51,783 nucleotides of DNA from Cyanobacteriota bacterium (GTDB lineage: Bacteria; Cyanobacteriota; Cyanobacteriia; Cyanobacteriales; Coleofasciculaceae). The notes under the pieces are model-generated. The model worked only from the letters and a program-made list of their open reading frames with translations, had not been told where the DNA came from and did not search any database. A program made the translations under genes and the position numbers. This document shows positions 1 through 9,370 of the stretch, in pieces; within the stretch, counting starts at the first letter, position 1; each line of letters starts with the position of its first letter. The DNA is taken from the NCBI GenBank assembly GCA_040756535.1, contig JBFLZA010000001.1, positions 1 to 51,783 of the forward strand, given 5' to 3'.

Positions 1-307
1 CACTTTTGGTTGAGAAAAAGCGATCGCTCCACAGCAGTGAAGCGCAATCATGCGCGCTGGTGCTTCTGGGCGATCGCCTATCAATGTGCTTGTAATCAAG
101 TGGAAGTTGATACGTTTTTCACACTCTCTGTTCCATAGGCACAAGTGAACTCGACTCTTCGTGCAACAGGCTTTTTGCTTGCCAGAGGCGAATTTTTGGG
201 TCGCCTACATAGCTGATGATCAATCAATACCTTAATCAAGGAAAGATGCCCTAAAAAACGACATTCTGTTCTTGACAAGAAAATGAATTTGTGTATAAAG
301 CGCTTGA

Positions 308-604
308 CTACCTACCAGGACAGAGACGATTGATCAGCGTCTGTGGGATGTCCTCGTAAGACTCCAAAAAGATATCAGCTAGCGCCAGATACCATTTGTG
401 GTAATGCTTAGGGGGTTGGTAGTTGCGTCCTCGCTGAAACCATCGACTGACTGTAACAGTGTCACAGCGGCATAGCTGTGCTATCTGAGCGTAAGTTACT
501 GCCCATTTTGAGTAGAATTGCCGAGGGGACATTTCGAGTCGGCAATCAGCGAACAGCTCAATTAGCCGCAGTTCGCGATCGCCAAGGGGGCGGGGAGTAC
601 TCAT
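308..604 (-). CDS. small HTH-like hypothetical protein
   Basis: ORF 308..709 trimmed to the internal ATG at 604 (MSTPRPLGDRE...). This ATG overlaps the TGA stop of the upstream gene (ATGA at 601-604), which suggests translational coupling. The segment YAQIAQLCRCDTVTVSRWF looks like a helix-turn-helix. Confidence 0.5.
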   Translation of the reverse strand: MSTPRPLGDRELRLIELFADCRLEMSPRQFYSKWAVTYAQIAQLCRCDTVTVSRWFQRGRNYQPPKHYHKWYLALADIFLESYEDIPQTLINRLCPGR

Positions 605-1170
605 AGAACTTCCTCGACTTCTGGCTCCAAGTCTTCCTCCCAAGCGGTGGTGGCGACTATCCAAGATGCACTCAAGCTGGCTTGCGATAGCCACAAGATG
701 TAGCGCCACATCCAGCGGCAGCGGTGGGCAGCATAGTTGTAGAAGCGCCCAATCACCACACCGGATTCTCTGTCGCTGCTGACAGGAACTAAGCGAACTC
801 TGTCACCGTACAAAAAGTGAGGTGGAAGTGCGCTATCCGGGAAGTCGGAAGGCAAGCTGACTGATTGTGGAAATTCGAGGCTAATCGGACTAGAGAACAC
901 GTCATAGTTACCGTGGCGGTGAGCATTCAAATAACTGCCCAGGAGCTTAGAGTTGAGGCTAGCCGTTAGCCGACCGATGAGTATTGCCGCTAAGGAGTCG
1001 AGTTCTTCTGGCTCTAGGTGGAGTGAGTGGGCATCGAAGTCAGCATCTTTGAAATGACTCAGCTTTTCTAGTAACTCGGTAAGGCCAAAGTCGGATAGAG
1101 CTTGCTGGTATCCGTCTTGATAGGCTGTGGTACGGCACTTTGGAGTGCCTGAATTGGTGGAATTTGTCAT
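601..1170 (-). CDS. hypothetical protein
   Basis: ORF 601..1338 trimmed to the ATG at 1170 (MTNSTNSG...), which is preceded by a GGAGAA Shine-Dalgarno-like sequence. No recognisable motif. Confidence 0.5.
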   Translation of the reverse strand: MTNSTNSGTPKCRTTAYQDGYQQALSDFGLTELLEKLSHFKDADFDAHSLHLEPEELDSLAAILIGRLTASLNSKLLGSYLNAHRHGNYDVFSSPISLEFPQSVSLPSDFPDSALPPHFLYGDRVRLVPVSSDRESGVVIGRFYNYAAHRCRWMWRYILWLSQASLSASWIVATTAWEEDLEPEVEEVL

Positions 1171-1359
1171 GATAGGTATGGTTTCTCCTTGATTGGAAGA
1201 GCCATTGGCAGACCCAGTGCTTTGACCGGCGGGGGTCTGCCTTTTAGCTTTTTTGAGCGAGGAGCCTTTAAGCTCCGTATTTGTTACAGCAAGAAGCCAT
1301 ATACTTGCCATATACAAACTGCCCTTATTGTATGGCATAATGCCAGTCGTCTAAGTAAA

Positions 1360-1536
1360 ATGAGTTCAAGGCACTCCGTTTCGCTCGAAAAGAAAATGAC
1401 CTTTCGTCTGACCGAAGAAGAGTTTCAGCGTCTGGAGTCTTACTGCAACCAGGTCAAAAGAAGCAAAACAGAGATACTTCGAGAGCTTATCCGCTCTTTA
1501 CCCGAGTCAAAATCAGAAAACCAAGCAGAGCAGTGA
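1360..1536 (+). CDS. ribbon-helix-helix (CopG/MetJ-like) small protein
   Basis: ORF 1189..1536 trimmed to the ATG at 1360 (MSSRHSVSLEKKMTFRLTEEEFQRLESYCNQVKRSKTEILRELI). The beta-strand then two-helix pattern is typical of RHH regulators. The stop overlaps the next start (GTGA at 1533-1536). Confidence 0.5.
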   Translation: MSSRHSVSLEKKMTFRLTEEEFQRLESYCNQVKRSKTEILRELIRSLPESKSENQAEQ

Positions 1537-2060
1537 ACACAGTTACCATCCCACTTAACCTGCCATCAGTACCGTTGCTAGAACGGCATAATCTCCCTAG
1601 CTGCCAATCCATCTACTTTGTATTGGAAGATGGACAGGTTTTGTACATTGGTAGAACCGTTAATCTTAATCAGCGCTGGGCAGTACACCATATACTGCCC
1701 CAGTTGAAGATGAGAAAGGGAGAAGTAAGAATAGCTTGGCTTGAATGTAGCGTAGCCGAATTGCTTCCGGAGATTGAAACAGGATTAATTGAATATTTTC
1801 AACCAGCATTGAATGTTGTTAACAATCCGCTAATAACAAGGAAATCTCCAAATCCAGAGGGACGGCCACCCCGATATGGCAAGACGAAGACAAGAATCAA
1901 TTTGACGTTGACGGAGGAGGGAATTGCGAGATTAGAGCGATTAGCAGAAGCGTTGGGGCTGTCTCGGTCAGAGTTAGTCGAACGTATTGGACGCGGAGTT
2001 ATCCCACTTCATGCCGATGCGCTCTCGATGGAGGAGAAGACAATGCTGGGAAAGCATTAG
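1533..2060 (+). CDS. GIY-YIG nuclease domain protein with C-terminal RHH-like segment
   Basis: N-terminal motif IYFVLEDGQVLYIGRTVNLNQRWAVHH matches the GIY-YIG signature. The C-terminal INLTLTEEGIARLERLAEALGLSRSELVERI resembles an RHH. Confidence 0.65.
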   Translation: MNTVTIPLNLPSVPLLERHNLPSCQSIYFVLEDGQVLYIGRTVNLNQRWAVHHILPQLKMRKGEVRIAWLECSVAELLPEIETGLIEYFQPALNVVNNPLITRKSPNPEGRPPRYGKTKTRINLTLTEEGIARLERLAEALGLSRSELVERIGRGVIPLHADALSMEEKTMLGKH

Positions 2061-2074
2061 AGGAACTGATTTCC

Positions 2075-2257
2075 TTGTACCGGGATGAACTGGCAGGTCG
2101 GGGACTTTACCAACGCAAGGCTAAAGGCGATTCGCCAGAGAGCGACAGCTTCGCTTCACGCCGTCAGCAGTTAGAAGTCCAGATTGAGGCGTGGGAAGCG
2201 TTGCTCAAGAAGCTATACCGATTTGAAGCAGAGCCTGAGGAGAAGGAGACGCAGTGA
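2075..2257 (+). CDS. small hypothetical coiled-coil-like ORF
   Basis: ORF track only, with a non-ATG start. Charged helical sequence and no motif. Confidence 0.2.
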   Translation: MYRDELAGRGLYQRKAKGDSPESDSFASRRQQLEVQIEAWEALLKKLYRFEAEPEEKETQ

Positions 2258-2340
2258 CCCCGGAACAACGCTTGGATAACATCGACAGTCGATTGGCAAC
2301 ACTTTTGGCAGTAGCAGAAGCCCAATAAGGGGACATCACT

Positions 2341-2384
2341 GCGATCGCTCTTTTTCGAGTTGATGTGGAGCGATCGCCTTTTAC
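2341..2384 (+). terminator. HIP1-based hairpin, possible terminator
   Basis: GCGATCGCTC (2341-2350) pairs with GAGCGATCGC (2368-2377) and is followed by CTTTT. It lies after the 1360-2257 gene string. Confidence 0.35.
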
Positions 2385-2501
2385 ATCAATTCCTTTGTAC
2401 AGGGAGAGTAGTAGTATTTAAAGCTAAAAAGGACTTAAACCAGGAAAAAATAGGCAAAGTGCCAACTCCAGAAACCTAAACTCAACAGGAGTAAGAGCAT
2501 A

Positions 2502-3200
2502 ATGGGACTGAAAATAATGCCGCGACTACCAACGGATGGAATTCCTCATCCCTGGGATTTGACAATGCGTTGGCTCGATGAACCTTTGCCTATCTCACCA
2601 CTCTTACAACCAGCCATACAGCAACACATGGATTTGGCTGGGGGTGACTGGCGAATTACTCTTTATTGGGTTGTGAAAAAGAAGTGGAATCCAAAACTAA
2701 AAATTCCTGTAAAACGCAAGTACGCCAAGTTACTTGAACCCAGAGGAGAGTTATTTTTCAGGACACTTGAACTGTGCATCTCATGTCACGACTCTTCACA
2801 CCCCGACAGTCAACACTATCGCAATGCATCCGACTGGTATCTCCAACTGATGCAGGAAGCTAGAAACATAGACAATAAAGAAATTCAGGCGAACGAAGCG
2901 ATTGGGAAAAAGCCCTTCGTTCAACACCTGTACCAGATTATCAAAACTCTCAAAAACCTGGAAAACCCTGCTACTCCCTCTACATCACTTCATTTTTATA
3001 GATTGATGGAAGTAGCGCTGTCAATGGAGAAGCAAGATCAATTCAACGATAATTACTGGAAGCCTTTTTTAAGTGCTTTAAGTGGATGGATTCAAGCGGT
3101 AGATAGTCCCAATTGTCACGAATGCTACGTTGACGGTGACAAAATTGTCTGCCAAATGGGACAAGGGAGAGGGAAAAGGACGCTCCTGGTACTCCCTTGA
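2502..3200 (+). CDS. hypothetical protein
   Basis: 232 aa ORF with an ATG start and no recognisable motif. Confidence 0.5.
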   Translation: MGLKIMPRLPTDGIPHPWDLTMRWLDEPLPISPLLQPAIQQHMDLAGGDWRITLYWVVKKKWNPKLKIPVKRKYAKLLEPRGELFFRTLELCISCHDSSHPDSQHYRNASDWYLQLMQEARNIDNKEIQANEAIGKKPFVQHLYQIIKTLKNLENPATPSTSLHFYRLMEVALSMEKQDQFNDNYWKPFLSALSGWIQAVDSPNCHECYVDGDKIVCQMGQGRGKRTLLVLP

Positions 3201-3581
3201 AAAAATATTTTTTGAAACGCTTACTGCGTAAGGCTTACAAGCTTTAATGCGAAAAAGCAGAATTGGCAGCTATCCGTGCCAATCTGGATAGGAGTAAGCA
3301 AGTGATTAGCCCTTAAACTTTTTGGGCTTAAATTCTCATCACTGGAAAAATTCCCTGCCTCTAATTTCCCAAAATTAGTCAAAGCATCATGTCAATAAAA
3401 ATTCTAGTTTTTCGGTTCATCGCGGTTGAAATTTTTTACAACTTTCCAATAGAGCCATGCTATCTATTTCTTCTAAAAAACCTAAGTTCTACTACTTTTT
3501 ATGACTGAATTTGTGCAGGCTTTATTTGAGTAACAGTTGCACAAATTGCGAGTATCATAGCTGTAGATTTAGGAATAAATT

Positions 3582-5120
3582 ATGAGTCTGATTATTGGAT
3601 ATGCACGAGTATCAACCTACGAACAAGCTGATGCCCACAATGCTCTCAAGCAGCAAATCCACCGACTTGAGCAGTTTGGAGTCGATGAAATTTACCAAGA
3701 TATTGAATCAGGAGCCAATCCAGATCGAAAGGCTTTTACACAGCTCTTAGATTTAGTTCACCAGGGAAAGGTAGAAAAAATTGTTGCCACTCGATGGGAC
3801 AGATTAACTAGAGAAGAACTAGTGTATTTACAACTCAAGGCAATGCTGAGAACCTCTAATGTCAACTTGGTATTACTCGACCAAGGAGAAGTTGACCTCA
3901 GCACAGCTTTTGGAGAGCTGAGTGCGGATATGCAGGCTATGTTTGCGGTCCATGAACGGCGTATGCTCAAGGAGAGAGTTCAGCGTGGATTTGAATACCG
4001 TAGATCGAATAAAGTGGCTTGGACAAGAGCGCCTTGGGGTTATGTCATTAAAGATGATAAATACGTGCTGGATACGGAGCCTATTATTTGCCTACTGGAA
4101 GATAGACCAGAAAATTATCTAGATCTTTCCGATGAACCTGATACCTCACCCCTTCTTCTTGGTATTAGCAAATCCCAGATAGCTAGGGAGGTAATAGACG
4201 TTTTTCTTCAAGTCAGGAGAACTCGAAAAGTATTGAAATACCTTTATATCAAATACGGTGTTGAGCGAAAGAAGGGGACAGGGGAGAGAGGAAAGGGTCA
4301 AGAAAGTGATAAAAAGCGAACTAAGGGAACCAACCTAGTTTTGAGTAAAGAATTGCTGTTTTGGTCAGCGGGGGGACATTTTAAAGAATGGCTGGAGAAT
4401 CCTGTATTGCGAGGTCACACGGCTTACAAAAAATACAAAAAAAGAGGCTCAAAGAAAGACCCAGAAGACTGGGAGATGCACTATGATACACACCCCAACC
4501 AGCGATTAATTACTGATGAAGAATTTCAGGAAATTCAGGCAATTCTCAAGTCTAATGCCAGACAGGTTGGAACCCCCGGAGCTACGTTCTATCTGACAGG
4601 ACTTGTTGTTTGCGATCAATGTGGTCATAAGTGCGTGCTAAAGCGTAGCCCTGATTATCAGTACTACGGCTGTAGGAACTCGACAATTGGCTGTAACAAT
4701 CGAAAGTGTATCAGACTTGAAAAAATTGACGAAGCTATCATCAATCAGTTGTTTAATCGAGCCAAGGAAATTGTCGCGGCAAGTGATGAACTTCAGGACT
4801 CTCCCTTAGAGCCAGCGGAAATAACACTTCTTAAACAGCAATTAGAAGGTCTTGAACAATTACTAGAGATTAATCCAACACCCCGCCTCAAACAGGCTAA
4901 ATATGACCTAACGAAAGAGATTGAATCGCTCAGCACTCAGACAGGTCAGGAGAACTTCGTTCAAGCTACAGCTATGCAGATTCTCAGTCATCCTGAAGCC
5001 AGAAAAAAAAGTTTTTGGTACACCCTGTCCCTGGAGGAACGAGACATTATTTATGACAAGCTCGTTAGGAAGGTAGCGATTTTAGATGGAGAAATTGTTT
5101 CCGTCGATTTAACGATTTAA
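3582..5120 (+). CDS. large serine recombinase (resolvase/invertase N-domain, recombinase domain, zinc ribbon)
   Basis: N-terminus MSLIIGYARVSTYEQ carries the catalytic-serine resolvase motif. Cys cluster CDQCGHKC...YYGCRNSTIGCNNRKC. C-terminal coiled coil. The 512 aa length is typical of large serine integrases. Confidence 0.9.
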   Translation: MSLIIGYARVSTYEQADAHNALKQQIHRLEQFGVDEIYQDIESGANPDRKAFTQLLDLVHQGKVEKIVATRWDRLTREELVYLQLKAMLRTSNVNLVLLDQGEVDLSTAFGELSADMQAMFAVHERRMLKERVQRGFEYRRSNKVAWTRAPWGYVIKDDKYVLDTEPIICLLEDRPENYLDLSDEPDTSPLLLGISKSQIAREVIDVFLQVRRTRKVLKYLYIKYGVERKKGTGERGKGQESDKKRTKGTNLVLSKELLFWSAGGHFKEWLENPVLRGHTAYKKYKKRGSKKDPEDWEMHYDTHPNQRLITDEEFQEIQAILKSNARQVGTPGATFYLTGLVVCDQCGHKCVLKRSPDYQYYGCRNSTIGCNNRKCIRLEKIDEAIINQLFNRAKEIVAASDELQDSPLEPAEITLLKQQLEGLEQLLEINPTPRLKQAKYDLTKEIESLSTQTGQENFVQATAMQILSHPEARKKSFWYTLSLEERDIIYDKLVRKVAILDGEIVSVDLTI

Positions 5121-5161
5121 GTCCAGAATCTCATTTTTCAGTAAAATCATCGAGGATTTCC

Positions 5162-6046
5162 ATGAAATCAAAACTAACAATTAATATTTTTGAGCAAGCA
5201 GTAGAGCGATTTACTGTTACTGAGGCGTCCGTTCTTAAAGATTGGTGTTTACCCTGTAATTGTCCGGCTCCTGGAGAGAGGTCTAATTGCCAGAACTGCC
5301 CATACTTCAGGGAACTGGTACAACGGATTCAAGAAAAGCTGCATCCGACTCCCACCGAAGTTTTTCCTATAATGCTGCCACCGGAGATTAACCCCCCCTA
5401 TCCTTCGGAAGTAAGGCAACAGTGCCTAGAACTCTATGGACAGGGATACTCCCTTGAAAAGATTCAGCAGCTAACTGGTGTCGCTAATCGCCAAACTCTT
5501 AGGCGCTGGATTCGTAAGGCAGGAAAGTTAAAAGAGGCATCCGACTACTCGATGGCAGAGAGACAGCACTACGTGAATCTATATGTTCAGGGCATGAGTC
5601 CTCAGCAAATTGAGGACGAGACTGGAATCTCTGCTGATTTAATCAGAGAATGGACACGGCAAGCAGGTGTGTCTAGACCACGCACAAGCTATTCAGTTGA
5701 GCAAAAGAAGCAAGCTCTTGCACTGTATAAAGAGGGTCGAGATGTTAAGGAAATCGAGATACTGACCGGGGTCTATGCTAAATCTGTTCAGTCAATGGCA
5801 AAAAGAGCTAATTTATATAGACCTAGGAGATATAGAGGTGGTCGATCTCGATTACATTCACGAGAGGTCAGGCAATCTTGCCAAAAACTTCTTCAGGAGG
5901 GCAAAAGCCCACCCCAAATTGAAGAATTACTTGGCGTGAGTGCTGATACGGTTCGCAAGTGGAAAAAGCAGTGGGAACAGACAGCGGATGTGGTTTCTCC
6001 TCTCGATGAACCCAATACCCCGGATGAAGCTAGCAAACCAGGTTGA
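5162..6046 (+). CDS. protein with N-terminal Cys cluster and four tandem helix-turn-helix repeats
   Basis: Four units of about 45 aa of the form x(R/K)Qxxxxx(Y/L)xxGxSxxxIxxxxGVsaxxvrxWxxxxg. Examples are ERQHYVNLYVQGMSPQQIEDETGISADLIREWTRQAG and VRQSCQKLLQEGKSPPQIEELLGVSADTVRKWKKQW. N-terminal CLPCNCPAPGERSNCQNCPYF. Confidence 0.7.
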   Translation: MKSKLTINIFEQAVERFTVTEASVLKDWCLPCNCPAPGERSNCQNCPYFRELVQRIQEKLHPTPTEVFPIMLPPEINPPYPSEVRQQCLELYGQGYSLEKIQQLTGVANRQTLRRWIRKAGKLKEASDYSMAERQHYVNLYVQGMSPQQIEDETGISADLIREWTRQAGVSRPRTSYSVEQKKQALALYKEGRDVKEIEILTGVYAKSVQSMAKRANLYRPRRYRGGRSRLHSREVRQSCQKLLQEGKSPPQIEELLGVSADTVRKWKKQWEQTADVVSPLDEPNTPDEASKPG

Positions 6047-6098
6047 GTTCCTCATGGAGAAGATGTAGCTGAACATTCCTCTCACAATACACACAGTT

Positions 6099-8009
6099 AT
6101 GATTGAACGCGATTCCCTAAAGGATAGCTACTTTACTCATCGGGAAACGAGTACTCCCGATGAGTACGCTTCACGCATCCAGCAGTACGCACAACAGCTA
6201 CGCGAAGAGCAAGCTTTCAGAATCCAAATAGCCCAGCATATCGCTACCGACATCCATCTCCATCTAACGCGGCTCAAGCCAGAGTTAACAAACAAATCTT
6301 TTAACCTTAGCAAGGCTGTTATCTACCTAGAAAAGCTATTTAAAAATATTTTTCAGGGACAAGAATTTTGGGAGCAAAAAGCAACTTGGATATTATCTCA
6401 TCTTGATGCTTGGAGCTTAGAAGGGAAAGAACCCGACCCTTCAACTCTTTTGATTTGCTGGACGGGCAGAAATTATTCAACAACAGACGAAAAAGAATCC
6501 TATATTATCAGCTTGTGTGCCTCTAAAACGGCGGGGGAATTATTACATAAATTTAATCTATATAGCCTTCCTTTAGAAACCCTCCAAAGTCTTGTAGGAA
6601 TAGCGCAACAAAAATCCATGCCAGCGACAAAGGCTCCTCTATTCCAAACTCACGACGAGACTCCAGTCATGACATCCCAACCCTATTTAACTGGAGTACA
6701 AGCTTGTTTTGGGGCGGAACTTTGGGAGGACGTTGATGGAATTCCCCGCTTCCGACGCTTTTTTGGCAAAGGCTTTATTGAACACAATATTATTCAACAC
6801 CATCCAGAAACGAATAGATTAGAGCTAGTAGCGGGAAATGCAGCTTGGGAAATTATCAATCAATTGGGTCTTGAAACCGCTTATATGTTCCTACTCTTTG
6901 CTTCCTATGCTACTGACATGGAAAAGCCTTGGGAAGGAACGTTTAGCTTCAAGGCTACAAATGTTATTAACATGGGACTATTTAATTGGAATAAGAGAAG
7001 CGATTTAAGTCTAGGTCAAAAGCTAAAAAAATTGGGGGAATTAGCTCAACAAGTAGCTAGTCTGAGTATAGCTATTAACAACTTAGACCTGAAGCTGATG
7101 ACGTATGCAGCGGAAATCCAAGCTATGTGGCGGCTTAAGCTTCAGTATCTTGGTCAGCTCAGCTTGACTCTGGATTCTAACCAACCTGATAAGATTTCCT
7201 ACGAGCCAGAGGAACCTACCGAGTTAATTATTACCGCAGGACCAAACGATTGGGTAAAACCCTTTCAAGATTCAGGCAACTTCTCTTCTCTATATGAATA
7301 TGGATTCCTCGCTAAAAGTACCCTTTTAATTAATCCCTACAGACAGCCAATGGCGGCTGCACTGGCGGTGTTTTTGACAATAATGAGTCGAATTCAAACC
7401 AGTGGCAAATATAAAATCAAAACTTTGCTAAATCGGCTGGGATACCTTTCAAAAGAATCACATTTGCAGGTGGTACAGAACAATCGTCAGAAACGCAATG
7501 AACTGATTGAAAAATGGGATAACGCTCTGCTTACTCTACACGAACTCGGCTGGCAGATTGAGTTCGACCCGGATACCTATCTCGAATCAATTCAGCCCTC
7601 TTGGAAACGGGAGGAAGTCAAGCACTTAGAGGGCAAAAGGCGACCGCACAAGTGGCTGGAACTCTGGTTGGAAGCTTACGTGATTATAAAACCTACACCA
7701 AAGATTCAGACCAAGTTGGAAGCCATTAATGGTAAGGTACTACCAGCGACGCGGGTAAAGCGGCGAAAGTCCAAAAAGTCCGGTACGGATACAAACAGTC
7801 GAAGACAAATTCCGGGTTGGGTTTTAGCAAAGGCGTTGGAACTCAAAGGTTGGAGTTACGCCCACCTGGCAGAACAGCTTGGAGTACACAAATCACTGCC
7901 GGGTAAGTGGATACGGGGCGATCGCAAAATTCAGCCAATGCATCTACAGTTGATTTGGCAATGGTTAGATTCAGAGCTACACCAGGTAATGGGTAGCCAG
8001 TCAACCTAG
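6099..8009 (+). CDS. hypothetical protein with C-terminal XRE-like HTH
   Basis: 636 aa ORF. The C-terminal LAKALELKGWSYAHLAEQLGVHKSLPGKWIRGDRKI looks like an HTH. Its TAG stop lies inside the first iteron unit. Confidence 0.6.
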   Translation: MIERDSLKDSYFTHRETSTPDEYASRIQQYAQQLREEQAFRIQIAQHIATDIHLHLTRLKPELTNKSFNLSKAVIYLEKLFKNIFQGQEFWEQKATWILSHLDAWSLEGKEPDPSTLLICWTGRNYSTTDEKESYIISLCASKTAGELLHKFNLYSLPLETLQSLVGIAQQKSMPATKAPLFQTHDETPVMTSQPYLTGVQACFGAELWEDVDGIPRFRRFFGKGFIEHNIIQHHPETNRLELVAGNAAWEIINQLGLETAYMFLLFASYATDMEKPWEGTFSFKATNVINMGLFNWNKRSDLSLGQKLKKLGELAQQVASLSIAINNLDLKLMTYAAEIQAMWRLKLQYLGQLSLTLDSNQPDKISYEPEEPTELIITAGPNDWVKPFQDSGNFSSLYEYGFLAKSTLLINPYRQPMAAALAVFLTIMSRIQTSGKYKIKTLLNRLGYLSKESHLQVVQNNRQKRNELIEKWDNALLTLHELGWQIEFDPDTYLESIQPSWKREEVKHLEGKRRPHKWLELWLEAYVIIKPTPKIQTKLEAINGKVLPATRVKRRKSKKSGTDTNSRRQIPGWVLAKALELKGWSYAHLAEQLGVHKSLPGKWIRGDRKIQPMHLQLIWQWLDSELHQVMGSQST

Positions 8010-8560
8010 AATCCTCCGACAAAGCGTCTACCCTTCCAGAGCTACCCCAGGCATTAGCTAACTAATCGCTCTAGAATCTGCCGACAAAGCGTCTACTCTT
8101 CCAGAGCTCCCCAGACATTAGCTAACCAGTCACTCTAGAATCCTCCGACAAAACGTCTACCCTTCCAGAGCTACTACAGGCACTAGCTAGCCAGTCACTC
8201 TAGAATCCTCCGACAAAACGTCTACCCTTCCAGAGCTACTACAGGCACTAGCTAGCCAGTCACTCTAGAATCTGCCGACAATTGTCTAGTCTTCCAAAGT
8301 TACCTCAGACATTAGCTAACCAGTCACTCTAGAATCTGCCGACAATTGTCTAGTCTTCCAAAGTTACCTCAGACATTAGCTAACCAGTCACTCTAGAATC
8401 CTCCGACAAAGCGTCTACCCTTCCAGAGCTACTACAGGCACTAGCTAGCCAGTCACTCTAGAATCCTCCGACAAAGCGTCTACCCTTCCAGAGCTACTAC
8501 AGGCACTAGCTAGCCAGTCACTCTAGAATCCTCCGACAATTGTCTACTCTGTCAAAATCT
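8006..8560. repeat. tandem array of nine 64-65 bp iteron-like direct repeats
   Basis: CTAGAATC(C/T)(T/G)CCGACAA...GTCTA(C/G)(C/T)CTTCCA(G/A)AG...TAGCTA(A/G)CCAGTCACT starts at 8006, 8071, 8135, 8200, 8265, 8329, 8393, 8458 and 8523. Units 3-4, 5-6 and 7-8 form identical pairs. Confidence 0.9.
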
Positions 8561-8685
8561 CCCCACCAAAGTATCCAACGGGATTTCTGCCAAGCCTCAC
8601 TGGATATAGAGTTGACGCCGAACGTAAACGGTACGAATAGCGTCTCTTGAACTCAAATTCCCAAGTCTGAGGATAGCTGCTTGCT

Positions 8686-9025
8686 CTAGAATCCCCTGAC
8701 ATTTGTCTACCCCGACGCGCAAGCTCTATAAACCGCTCAGGGCTTCGATTCTGGCGTTTTGCAGGTAAAACGAAAACGGGCAGCTAAAAAACTTGTCTAC
8801 CCCTTTTTTTAGCCTAAAAATCGCCTGAAAACCAGGCTGTGTAACGCTTTAACTGGGTAGACAAGATTTCTAGAATCCCCTGACATTACCTCTAGAATCC
8901 CCTGACATTCTCTCTAGAATCCCCTGACATATTTTTTTTCAAATCCTTGATTTACAACGGTTTCAGGTGGGTAGACAAAACTAATTAAGCTAATTAAGTT
9001 AAGTGGATGCGTTTTTGTCTACCTT
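8686..9025. promoter_or_regulatory. second repeat cluster plus AT-rich tracts; candidate replication origin core
   Basis: TCTAGAATCCCCTGACAT occurs at 8685, 8869, 8891 and 8913, the last three spaced by 22 bp. The GTCTACC motif is direct at about 8707, 8793 and 9015 and inverted (GGTAGAC) at about 8855 and 8969. T-run at 8933-8940. CTAATTAAGCTAATTAAGTTAAG at about 8981-9003. Confidence 0.55.
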
Positions 9026-9370
9026 AAAAATGCATGTGGTATTAAGTTAGAAGCTTAGTTTTCGGGGAAAGCGCAGGAACCGAAAGCGAAGACAAAAATA
9101 AGAACGCCGAGCGATCGCCAGTCATGTTCGCTCTCGTCATAAAAACGCCAACAGCCGGGTTTTTCGTCTCGCGAACGTCTCCCTAGCTGACTGGCGGTGA
9201 GCTTTCGGTGAAGGCATACCCGAAGTATGTCTCTGCCTTAAATTACCTGCCAGTTAGTAGACAACTGGCGCTCGTTTAGTGTGCGTTCAATCGCCACACG
9301 AGCGTAGTGTGTTGCGTGTACTCGTGCGATCGCCACTTGCGGTGGTGCAATCGCAAGGAGGCTTCGTGCG

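Noticed and set aside
1189-1359. N-terminal extension of the RHH ORF, and the 1171..1338 extension of the divergent gene
   Set aside because: The two extensions overlap each other in the divergent promoter region. Internal ATGs with better contexts give products of sensible size.
8006-8560. Possible CRISPR array, given the regularly spaced repeats of about 64 bp
   Set aside because: The whole 64-65 bp unit repeats, including what would be the spacer. There are no unique spacers, and no cas genes lie nearby. It fits iterons, not CRISPR.
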